From assembly GCF_046462515.1 (NCBI RefSeq), contig NZ_JBKGVD010000006.1, positions 107,335 to 171,334 of the forward strand: a stretch of 64,000 nt of DNA, written 5' to 3'. Positions 46,553 through 54,873 of the stretch are shown here, one piece after another (the first letter of the stretch is position 1; each line of letters opens with the position of its first letter). This DNA comes from Pedobacter sp. (GTDB lineage: Bacteria > Bacteroidota > Bacteroidia > Sphingobacteriales > Sphingobacteriaceae). The position numbers and the translations under genes were made by a program. The notes under the pieces were generated by a model. It did not search any database. It saw nothing but the letters and a program-made list of their open reading frames with translations, and had not been told where the DNA came from.

Positions 46553-48409
46553 TTATCTTACAATTAATACAGGTATAGAAACTTTGTGTCTCACAGCATT
46601 TACTGTAGTACCAAAAATAATATCTTTTAAACCTTTGTGCCCGTGTGCACCCATAACCAAAAGCTCAATATTCTGTTTATTGCTAATTTCTGCAATTGCC
46701 CTGGCTGTACCACCAAAACCAATCTGAGGCATAGCATGATAGCCCAGTTCTGCCAAATTATCCTGGTATTTTTTAAGGTTTTCCATATCGGCCTGTGTTT
46801 CATGATCTAATACAGTTTGACCATGGTAGCGTGCGGCAGCGGTTTCTACTACGTGTATAAGATAATAATGAGCATGTTTACCACCTTGTATAAGGGCATG
46901 TCTGATGGTATTCCGATCGTGTTTAGAAAAATCGATGGCAATCCCAATTCTTTTATAATCTATTTTTTCTACAGTAGCAATCTCTAATGCATCACCATGC
47001 GGTAATTTCACTTTAAGATTATGTGGATTGGTAAGTGGATAAATAAAAATATAAAGCAGAAGTAATGCAATGATAATAGCCATAGGTATCACAATTACAT
47101 AAATATACCATCCGTCATTTTCTGCTTTCCATGTGCTGATTTCTTCTACAACCAGTTTAATGTTTAAGACTACAATAACCAAAGCACTGATCCAGGCCAG
47201 AATTTTTACCCAGGTTTTAATGGCAAATTCTTTCATTTCTTTTTTATCAGAAGTGAAATGAATTAAAGGGATAATGGCAAATCCTAACTGCAAACTTAAT
47301 ACCACCTGACTTAGTATCAGTAAGGCCGAGAGTGAATCTTCTCCAAAATGTAAGATGGTAAAAAAGGCAGGTACAATGGCTAATAAGCGAGTAATTAATC
47401 TTCTTAACCAAGGTTGAATACGCAGATTTAAATGACCTTCCATAATAATTTGTCCGGCAAGCGTTCCGGTTACGGTAGAGCTCTGTCCGGCAGCAATCAG
47501 TGCAATGGCAAACAGGGCGGGGGCTACGTTTCCAAAAATATTGGTCAATAGCTTATGCGCATCCTGAATTTCTGCTACTTCATGAAAACCATTTTTATAG
47601 AATGCTGCGGCTGCTAATATCAATATAGCGGCATTTACAAAAAAAGCGAGATTTAACGCTACCGCTGTATCAATAACATTGAATTTAATGGCTTCTTTAA
47701 TCCCTTTACGGTCTCTTTCAAATTTACGGGTCTGTACCAGTGATGAATGCAGGTATAAATTGTGAGGCATTACTGTTGCACCGATAATGCCTATGGCAAT
47801 ATACAACGCTTCGCCACTTAATAACGAGGGCTCAAATCCTTTGATGACTTCTTTAACTGAAGGTTCTACAATGAACATTTCTACTAAAAAAGAAAGACCT
47901 ACAACAGATACCATACCTATAATGAAGGCTTCCATTTTGCGCATTCCTTTGTTCAGGAGAAATAAAAGTAAAATAGTATCTAATATGGTAATAGATATGC
48001 CCCAGATCAATGGTAATCCAAAAAGCAAGTTTAAACCTATGGCCATACCTATAATTTCGGCCAGATCGCAGGCAATAATAGCGGTTTGTGCTAAAATGAA
48101 TAAAGGAAAATTGACCCATTTTGGATAGGCATTTCTTGAAGCCTGGGCTAAATCTAAGCCTCTTACAATGCCTAATCTTGCACTGAGCGACTGTAACAAA
48201 AGCGCAATTAAATTAGACATGAGCAATACCCAGATCAGCTGGTAACCAAATTTGCTACCTCCGGCAATATCGGTAGCCCAGTTACCCGGATCCATATAAC
48301 CCACGCTTACTAAATAGGCCGGACCTAAAAAAGCCAGGATTTTTCTCCACCCTTTCTTTTCGGTGGTGATGCTTTCATGTACTTCACTTAATGATTTTTT
48401 GTTGCTCAT
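46553..48409 (-). CDS. mntH: Nramp divalent metal (Mn2+) transporter fused to a C-terminal USP domain
   Basis: GYMDPGNW, ATVMPHNLYLHS, GQSSTVTGT; USP motif LLVMGAHGHKG..FGTTV. Confidence 0.93.
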   Translation of the reverse strand: MSNKKSLSEVHESITTEKKGWRKILAFLGPAYLVSVGYMDPGNWATDIAGGSKFGYQLIWVLLMSNLIALLLQSLSARLGIVRGLDLAQASRNAYPKWVNFPLFILAQTAIIACDLAEIIGMAIGLNLLFGLPLIWGISITILDTILLLFLLNKGMRKMEAFIIGMVSVVGLSFLVEMFIVEPSVKEVIKGFEPSLLSGEALYIAIGIIGATVMPHNLYLHSSLVQTRKFERDRKGIKEAIKFNVIDTAVALNLAFFVNAAILILAAAAFYKNGFHEVAEIQDAHKLLTNIFGNVAPALFAIALIAAGQSSTVTGTLAGQIIMEGHLNLRIQPWLRRLITRLLAIVPAFFTILHFGEDSLSALLILSQVVLSLQLGFAIIPLIHFTSDKKEMKEFAIKTWVKILAWISALVIVVLNIKLVVEEISTWKAENDGWYIYVIVIPMAIIIALLLLYIFIYPLTNPHNLKVKLPHGDALEIATVEKIDYKRIGIAIDFSKHDRNTIRHALIQGGKHAHYYLIHVVETAAARYHGQTVLDHETQADMENLKKYQDNLAELGYHAMPQIGFGGTARAIAEISNKQNIELLVMGAHGHKGLKDIIFGTTVNAVRHKVSIPVLIVR

Positions 48410-49056
48410 TTTGAAACTAGGATATGTTTAGCTACTTCCCGGCTGATTACAATTTTTTGCTCTTCAATTTGCAGCTCAACTGAACCGTCAAAGTCTATTA
48501 CTTCAATAATTTTAATGCGTTTACCTAAGGTAAGCCCTAATTTTTCGAGATGTTTTAGAAAAGGAGAGGAGTGTTCGCTTACCCCGGTTATTGTACCTTC
48601 ATCATTAGCTTTTAATTTGGTGAGCTTAATGAACGAAAGGGCAGCAAAATTTCCATTTTTATCGGGAATTGGGTCTCCATGAGGATCTACTTTAGGAAAT
48701 TCAAGAAAAGCATCTAATCTTTCTACCAGTAAATTAGATTTGATATGCTCTAATTCTTCTGCTACTTCATGCACTTCATCCCATTTAAAATTTAGCTTTT
48801 CCACCAGAAAAACTTCCCATAATCTGTGTTTGCGAACAATATCTATAGCTGTTTTAGCACCTTGTGATGTTAAGGTTACACCTTGATATTTTACATAATC
48901 TACCAACTCTTTTTCGGCAAGGCGTTTAATCATGTCTGTAACAGAAGCAGCCTTTGTTTGCATGCGATCCGCAATAGCATTGGTTTGTACAGGATTTTGG
49001 TCTTGCGACAGGTGATATATGATTTTAAGATAGTTTTCTTCGGTGAAAGACTGCAT
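48406..49056 (-). CDS. mntR: DtxR/MntR-family metal-dependent repressor with FeoA domain
   Basis: TEENYLKIIY, VRKHRLWEVFL, AEELEH, DPHGDPIP; 4-nt overlap with mntH. Confidence 0.9.
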   Translation of the reverse strand: MQSFTEENYLKIIYHLSQDQNPVQTNAIADRMQTKAASVTDMIKRLAEKELVDYVKYQGVTLTSQGAKTAIDIVRKHRLWEVFLVEKLNFKWDEVHEVAEELEHIKSNLLVERLDAFLEFPKVDPHGDPIPDKNGNFAALSFIKLTKLKANDEGTITGVSEHSSPFLKHLEKLGLTLGKRIKIIEVIDFDGSVELQIEEQKIVISREVAKHILVSK

Positions 49057-49075
49057 TTTATTTATCTAATTTATA

Positions 49076-49093
49076 TTTTAGACAAATCTAAAA
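49076..49093. promoter_or_regulatory. Candidate MntR operator
   Basis: TTTTAGA-CAAA-TCTAAAA palindrome about 20 nt upstream of the mntR start. Confidence 0.65.
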
Positions 49094-49196
49094 AATAGTT
49101 TGTAGAATTTATGATAAAATAAAAGAGGTTTTTAAGAATAATATTTTGTTTGTATAGTTCCGAATACTACTTTTGCAAAGTATATTAACCAAACAT

Positions 49197-49667
49197 ATGG
49201 CAGCAGAATTAGATAAAATTGATTTTAAAATCTTAAAGCTATTACAGGAAAATGGCAGAATAACCAATTTATTGTTATCTCAGGAAATAGGTTTATCGCC
49301 TGCACCTACTTTAGAAAGGGTGCGTAAACTTGAAATGGCAGGGTATATCAAAAGCTATCATGCTTTGGTTGACGAGGAGAAACTGGGTTTAGGCATAAAA
49401 ACTTTTATACAAATTCAGTTAGATTTTCATAAGAATAACACGATACAAACTTTTTTGGATGAGGTAAACCAGATTAAAGAGGTTACCGAGTGCCATCACG
49501 TGACAGGACAGGCTGATTTCTTACTTAAAGTGTATGTAAGCGATATTAAAGCTTATGAGCGCTTAATTATGGATAAGATTAGCAAGATTTCTGTGGTGAA
49601 GACTTTTCAAACCATGATGATTATGTCAACTACCAAAAAAGAACCTATTGTTCCGTTAGAGTATTAA
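49197..49667 (+). CDS. Lrp/AsnC-family transcriptional regulator
   Basis: LDKIDFKILKLLQENGR, GLSPAPTLERVRKLE, ECHHVTGQADFLLKV. ATG at 49197. Confidence 0.93.
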   Translation: MAAELDKIDFKILKLLQENGRITNLLLSQEIGLSPAPTLERVRKLEMAGYIKSYHALVDEEKLGLGIKTFIQIQLDFHKNNTIQTFLDEVNQIKEVTECHHVTGQADFLLKVYVSDIKAYERLIMDKISKISVVKTFQTMMIMSTTKKEPIVPLEY

Positions 49668-49740
49668 TTGTTTTTAAGCAGTCAATTCTGGTTTTTAACT
49701 GCCTGAGAATTCTAAGATATATTAAAAGGGTTCTTTTTTA

Positions 49741-49897
49741 AAGATAGCTCGATAATATTCCTTTATAAACGGTTCTTTACCTGTTTGGGATGATATTGGT
49801 GCAATTAAAGTTGATCAATAGCCCTTTTGGGACTTTCAATAATGCAAGTTCCGGTTACATTGTATTCTAATTCATCTTGAAAATCCTTGCTAATCAT
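49741..49897 (-). pseudogene. Internally deleted GxxExxY (PD-(D/E)XK-like) gene remnant
   Basis: The ATG at 49897 gives MISKDFQDELEYNVTGTCI, like the family N-terminus. It joins out of frame to LLKVPKGLLINFNCTNI, like the family C-terminus. The middle is missing. Confidence 0.7.
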
Positions 49898-50005
49898 AAC
49901 TGATATTAAATATAAGTAATATGATTAAATATTTTGTTTAAACTTATTACCAGCTTAGATTTTCTCAGTTATCTTAGTTAAGCTTTATATTGCAACGATT
50001 GATAT

Positions 50006-50680
50006 TTAAACCTGCCAGTTAATAGGTTCTTTACCTTCCTGTTCTAAAATCTGGTTGGTTTTGCTAAAAGGTTTTGATCCGAAAAATCCGTTATAAGCCG
50101 AGAAAGGAGAGGGGTGTGCAGATTTAATGATAAAATGCTTACTCTTATCTATAAGCGCTTCTTTTTGTTTGGCATAATTTCCCCAAAGAATAAATACCAG
50201 CCCTGTTTTTTTTGCAGATAAAACCCTGATTACCTGATCAGTAAATTGTTCCCATCCCTTGTTCTGATGCGATCCGGCTGTATTTGCCCTTACCGTTAAG
50301 GTGGCATTTAACAATAATACGCCCTGATCGGCCCATGAAGTAAGATCGCCATGATCGGGGGTTTTAAAATCAGGAAATTCATCTGCTAGCTCTTTATAGA
50401 TGTTTTTTAAAGAGGGTGGGGGTGTGATGCCTTTTTGAACTGAAAAAGAAAGTCCATGCGCTTGGTTTACACCATGATAAGGATCTTGACCCAGGATTAC
50501 CACTTTTACCTTATCAAAAGGCGTATGTTTAAAAGCATTGAATATATCAGCACTTTTAGGAAAAATGGTGAAGCCTTTCTGTTTTTCACTTAACAGAAAG
50601 GCCTTGAGTTCTTTCATGTAAGGCTGGTCAAACTCGTTTTTAAGTACCGCTAACCAGCTGCTTTCTAATTCTACAGCCAA
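50006..50680 (-). CDS. ung: Uracil-DNA glycosylase
   Basis: GQDPYH, GLSFS, PPSL, GVLLLN, HPSPFS; TTG start. Confidence 0.97.
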   Translation of the reverse strand: MAVELESSWLAVLKNEFDQPYMKELKAFLLSEKQKGFTIFPKSADIFNAFKHTPFDKVKVVILGQDPYHGVNQAHGLSFSVQKGITPPPSLKNIYKELADEFPDFKTPDHGDLTSWADQGVLLLNATLTVRANTAGSHQNKGWEQFTDQVIRVLSAKKTGLVFILWGNYAKQKEALIDKSKHFIIKSAHPSPFSAYNGFFGSKPFSKTNQILEQEGKEPINWQV

Positions 50681-50682
50681 AA

Positions 50683-51201
50683 CTATTTGGTTTTTGCGGT
50701 TAATATTTCTTTCATGTCTATTTCCAACGACTTTTTAGGGGATTCGGTAATTCTTCCTAATTCTTGTCCTTTTTTATCGAAGAAAATGAAAGTAGGTACA
50801 CGTTCTATTTTAAGGTTGTCTATCAAGCCGTTTTCTGCTTTTTTATTACCATCTACGCAAATGAAAGTGATGTTTTTGTCGATATGTAAGGCATCGGCAA
50901 TTTTAATAAAATGCGGAACCTGAAACTTACTATCGCCACACCATGTACCCATTACTACGGTAATTTTTTTATCACCTGCTAATTTTTTAAGATCTTTTAA
51001 CTGAGTAGAATCTACTTTGTAATTCTCGTAATTAACATCATAACTGGCCTTAAATTCAGGAAAATTAATAATACCTTCTCTTGTACATTGGTTTAACATC
51101 ACTTCTTTATGCTTAATCTGGTCTTCAATTTTTTTATTTAACTCTTGTGCACTGGCGGTAAAGCCTATAAAAGACAAGAGGATTAGTAATTTGTTTTTCA
51201 T
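50683..51201 (-). CDS. Secreted thioredoxin-family protein (CxxS type)
   Basis: Signal peptide; GTWCGDS; RVPTFIF cis-Pro loop. ATG at 51201. Confidence 0.85.
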   Translation of the reverse strand: MKNKLLILLSFIGFTASAQELNKKIEDQIKHKEVMLNQCTREGIINFPEFKASYDVNYENYKVDSTQLKDLKKLAGDKKITVVMGTWCGDSKFQVPHFIKIADALHIDKNITFICVDGNKKAENGLIDNLKIERVPTFIFFDKKGQELGRITESPKKSLEIDMKEILTAKTK

Positions 51202-51282
51202 CTTTATTTTTTCGTTTAATTTACAATTAAAACTCAATTATGTGCAACAGAAAAGCGATATTTGCACAAATATTAAAAAACT

Positions 51283-51828
51283 ATGTCAAATTTAGTACGT
51301 CTAATTATTGGTTTTGCTTTGGTAGGTGCTGCAGTAGCATTGTTTATTTTTGGTCATTGGGGCTGGGGTTTATTAGCAGTATTTTTTAGTATATGTTTGT
51401 TCATTACCTACTTCTATAATGAAAACATGCTGATTGCGCAATGGTATCTGCGTAAAGACAATATGGATAAAGCCGCTGTATTTTTAGGCAGGATTACCCA
51501 TTACGAAACACAGCTTAACAGAATGCAACATGGTTATTTTAACCTGTTAATCGGTTTAATAGAATCAAGAACTGCTCCTATGAAATCTGAAAAATATTTT
51601 AAGGCTGCTTTAAATCTTGGATTGCATATGGATCATAACATTGCCTTGGCTAAATTGAGTTTAGCAGGTATTGCTATGGCTAAAAGAAATAAACGTGAGG
51701 CTCAAATGTATTTAGCAGATGCTAAAAAGGCGGATAAGAATAAATTATTGGCCGATCAGATTAAACAAATGAAAGACCAGTTGGGTATGTTGGACAGACA
51801 AACCCAGGTGCGTTACAGCCACAGATAA
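51283..51828 (+). CDS. Hypothetical membrane protein (two TM helices plus TPR-like helical domain)
   Basis: Two N-terminal hydrophobic helices; helical repeats such as EKYFKAALNLGL. Confidence 0.8.
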   Translation: MSNLVRLIIGFALVGAAVALFIFGHWGWGLLAVFFSICLFITYFYNENMLIAQWYLRKDNMDKAAVFLGRITHYETQLNRMQHGYFNLLIGLIESRTAPMKSEKYFKAALNLGLHMDHNIALAKLSLAGIAMAKRNKREAQMYLADAKKADKNKLLADQIKQMKDQLGMLDRQTQVRYSHR

Positions 51829-51848
51829 TATTAAGCACAAATGAATTT

Positions 51849-51880
51849 AAAACCGGTTAGTTTAAATCTGACCGGTTTTT
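51849..51880. terminator. Bidirectional terminator
   Basis: AAAACCGGTTAG-N8-CTGACCGGTTTT between convergent genes. Confidence 0.8.
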
Positions 51881-52090
51881 TTATTTATCGCAAAGCCTGT
51901 CAAAATTTTCTTCAAAATGACTGTCATGCCCTTTGCTGATGATGTCATCGTCTTCGTAGCTCTTTTTAAAGAAGAGCTCTTCTGCTTGTATGCGTTTAAT
52001 CAATTGTCTGATCAAGGAAAGGTCAAAAGCTTCTCGACTTAATTTTATACAATATTCTTTTTCGGTAATTTCTATGCTCGAAGTGTTCAT
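51881..52090 (-). CDS. Small hypothetical protein (69 aa)
   Basis: ATG with an A-rich upstream context; stop abuts the terminator; no competing ORF. Confidence 0.65.
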   Translation of the reverse strand: MNTSSIEITEKEYCIKLSREAFDLSLIRQLIKRIQAEELFFKKSYEDDDIISKGHDSHFEENFDRLCDK

Positions 52091-52186
52091 AACATTCTTT
52101 TTTATTGCTTAAAATTAAGAAAGGCATACAATGGTAAGTTTAGCATGCCTTTATATTTTTGTTATGATTGTGTTAATAAACCGTTG

Positions 52187-52558
52187 CTAATGAGCTATAA
52201 CCTGGCAGGCTTCGAGTACATTTCCATCTGGATCATAAAAAAAGAAATACCTCACATGGTCATCCTGAAGAACCTCATCAACCTCAATACCTTTAAGTTT
52301 AAGCGCCTCTCTAAGCTGATCGGCATCTGGTGTTTTAAAGATAGGGTAAGCGGCAGTTTTCTTATTGATACTTATCGGTTCTTTAGTTTGCCATAGGGTA
52401 ATGCTTACTGGACTGTTGGTATCTAATACCACTAAGTTTAAGTTTTCATCTTCCCATAAAGCGTTTAATTCTAATTTTTCTTTGTACCAAGTTGCTGCTT
52501 TTCTAATAGATGATACACGTATAATTATGGTGTCAATTCCCTGTAAAAGTTCTTTCAT
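52187..52558 (-). CDS. VOC/glyoxalase-family protein
   Basis: IDTIIIRVSSIRKAATWY...FFFYDPDGNVLE. Confidence 0.9.
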   Translation of the reverse strand: MKELLQGIDTIIIRVSSIRKAATWYKEKLELNALWEDENLNLVVLDTNSPVSITLWQTKEPISINKKTAAYPIFKTPDADQLREALKLKGIEVDEVLQDDHVRYFFFYDPDGNVLEACQVIAH

Positions 52559-52795
52559 GATGATGGATAAGATTAGTATGTGTTTAAATTATTTCAGATA
52601 TAAAACACCCGAATTGCGTAATTGATTGCTTTAAACAATTTTTTAGAAAGTTGATCAATTCTTCCGGTATGTGTGTTACGGAGAATCTATACTTTAAACT
52701 GAAAATTAGCATAACCTCTGTACAGTTCGGCAATCTTTTTATTTTTTACTAAACTAAGCTGCCAGATACTTTATGTTCTCTAAAATAAGCATAGT

Positions 52796-52832
52796 AGATT
52801 GATTTACAAAACAATATGTTGTAAATCAATCT
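52796..52832. terminator. Stem-loop downstream of the DUF6265-like gene
   Basis: AGATTGATTTACAA-N9-TTGTAAATCAATCT. Confidence 0.65.
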
Positions 52833-52841
52833 TGTTTGAGA

Positions 52842-53318
52842 TTATTTCACTTTCCTCATCGGAAATACCTGTTTTCTATGTTGTCCGTTTCTTGTGCCCG
52901 AAATTTCAGCTACGAGTGAATCTGGTTTGATTTTGGTGTAGGTAATAACCTGAGGGAAATCATGTTGCGGATTTTCAAAAACCAGCTGTGTATCTGAAAG
53001 GGTTTTTAATGCAAATTTTATGGGTTTGCCATCATTCTGATTTTTAACCGTTGGGATATAGAATAAATTATTGCCCTCAACTGCTAAGCGTAAAGTCTCA
53101 AATACTATTGTATCTTTTTCTTTTAGCATATAGCTTTTACCTATAAATTCATGATTGCTTATCTTTTTCCATTCTTCGTACAAATTTCCTCTCGAAGTTT
53201 TGTTTTCCCATGTACCCGTAAGCCATTCTGCTTTTTTGATTTGCGATTGAGCGGATACATTGTAGCTGCATAACATGATTAATCCTATAAGCACTGCACT
53301 GTGGTTTGTTTTTTTCAT
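52842..53318 (-). CDS. Secreted DUF6265-like protein
   Basis: Signal peptide; WLTGTW, YEEW, FENPQHDFPQVITY. Confidence 0.8.
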   Translation of the reverse strand: MKKTNHSAVLIGLIMLCSYNVSAQSQIKKAEWLTGTWENKTSRGNLYEEWKKISNHEFIGKSYMLKEKDTIVFETLRLAVEGNNLFYIPTVKNQNDGKPIKFALKTLSDTQLVFENPQHDFPQVITYTKIKPDSLVAEISGTRNGQHRKQVFPMRKVK

Positions 53319-53407
53319 AATGATCAGGTTTTAGATTTCTTTTTTACAAAGAAAGATATGACGCTGTTTTAGAAATTGTAAAAATGCGACAATATGATCA
53401 GCTTCTT

Positions 53408-54220
53408 TTAATCTTTATAGAACAAGGCTGATAGCTTTAAATTTTCTCCATAGAATTCTTTAGGTGTTAAGCCGGTAAATTCCTTAAAATCTTTGATGAA
53501 ATGCGCTTGATCATAATATTCACTTTCATAAGCCAGATGCGTAAAACTGGTAAATTGTTTGTTCAATAGTAGTTTAAGTGTAGCTTGTAACCTAATGGTT
53601 TTTGAAAGTTGCTTGGGACTTAAGCCTATAGCCGAAGCAAAACTTCGTTCCAATTTTCTACGGTTTATTTTTTGACGTTCAGAAACCTCATGAATGCTAA
53701 GCTGCCCATTGGCTGTAATAATGGTTTCTACTACAGATTTTACAATGTTGTTAATTATATTGGTGTTTTTTAGGTATTCATTTAAAAAGGTTTCTATCAG
53801 TATAATTCGTTGGTTGGTTATAGGTGCCGTTAATATTTTTTGGGCAATTTCATTGCCTTTCTCTCCAAATAATTCAGTTAGAGGAACAGCACGATTTTCC
53901 ATCGTTTTTATGGGAATAGTGGCAAATGGTATAAAGCCTTCTGGATGAAAACGTACAGCAAAAATACCTGTTGTTCCCATAGGCTCTATTTCAAGAGATT
54001 GCGATAGTTGCCCAAAAACGAAACATCGGGGCTGTATAATACTTTTTGTTTTATCTATGTATTGCCTATACAGATCTCCATAATGAAAAATCATTTCCAT
54101 GCAACCATCTGGAACGATGGTTTGTTTCTGTGGTTTTTCTTCTTTAGGGCTTTCAAGTGTCCAGTAGCATTTTATAAATGCGCTAAGGTCTGTATGTGGT
54201 TTATAGGTTTGGTATTTCAA
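53408..54220 (-). CDS. AraC-family regulator (DUF6597-type N-terminus)
   Basis: IVPDGCME, AVRFHPEG, IGLSPK, YYDQAHFIKDFKEFTGLTP; TTG start. Confidence 0.9.
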   Translation of the reverse strand: MKYQTYKPHTDLSAFIKCYWTLESPKEEKPQKQTIVPDGCMEMIFHYGDLYRQYIDKTKSIIQPRCFVFGQLSQSLEIEPMGTTGIFAVRFHPEGFIPFATIPIKTMENRAVPLTELFGEKGNEIAQKILTAPITNQRIILIETFLNEYLKNTNIINNIVKSVVETIITANGQLSIHEVSERQKINRRKLERSFASAIGLSPKQLSKTIRLQATLKLLLNKQFTSFTHLAYESEYYDQAHFIKDFKEFTGLTPKEFYGENLKLSALFYKD

Positions 54221-54223
54221 ATG

Positions 54224-54679
54224 TTAACAGGCTTTGTTTTTCTGTATATCTTTCCAGCTTTGTGCCGTCATTTCAAATTTTATTTCGCCTTTTCCGTGGG
54301 TTCCTATAACGTTCCATCCCTTTCTCTGATAAAAAGTTTCTGCACGGGTATTTGGAGCGGTGCCTAGCCATACCGTAGTGTCGGTTTGTGAAAAATACCA
54401 GTTGAGCATGATATCATGCAATTGTCTGCCAATGCCTTGTTTATCAAAATCAGGATGCACAAATAAGGCCCAGATATTATTGTCTTTCAGGTCAACAATA
54501 GAAAAGCCCACTATTTTGTGATCTATTTCACACACCCATCCTTTGCCCCTTATAGTCATAAATTCTTCGCAATCCCGATCTGTAACCAAGTTTGGATTAG
54601 AAAGCATATTTTCTTTAACCGCGTTTCTTACAAATTGCATCTGTTCAATATCGCTGATTAAGGCTTCTCTTATTTTCAT
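54224..54679 (-). CDS. GNAT-family N-acetyltransferase
   Basis: ALFVHPDFDKQGIGRQL acetyl-CoA motif; AETFYQRKGW. Confidence 0.92.
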   Translation of the reverse strand: MKIREALISDIEQMQFVRNAVKENMLSNPNLVTDRDCEEFMTIRGKGWVCEIDHKIVGFSIVDLKDNNIWALFVHPDFDKQGIGRQLHDIMLNWYFSQTDTTVWLGTAPNTRAETFYQRKGWNVIGTHGKGEIKFEMTAQSWKDIQKNKAC

Positions 54680-54714
54680 CTGATTAAATTTGATTGTACT
54701 AAATATATAAAATT

Positions 54715-54846
54715 AAAGGGTATTCAGAAAGTCGTTTTTCGTCATCCTGAACTTCCCGAGTGAATCCGGAGCAAGTCGTTTCAGGATCTTGGTATAAGAT
54801 TCCGTACCGGGTACGGAATGACGGTGAAACTTTTTGAATACCCTTT
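54715..54846. repeat. REP doublet (CGTC...GACG) nested in 18-bp inverted repeats
   Basis: AAAGGGTATTCAGAAAGT and ACTTTTTGAATACCCTTT (1 mismatch) enclose CGTC-ATCCTGAA..TTCAGGAT-CT and AG-ATTCCGTA-CCGGG-TACGGAAT-GACG. Confidence 0.8.
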
Positions 54847-54873
54847 TTAATAAGAGTTTGAGGTGATGAAGGC

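Noticed and set aside
52586..52712. Possible 42-aa minus-strand ORF (MLIFSLKYRFSVTHIPEELINFLK...) or decayed gene upstream of the VOC gene
   Set aside because: No recognisable homology and too short to support without a search.
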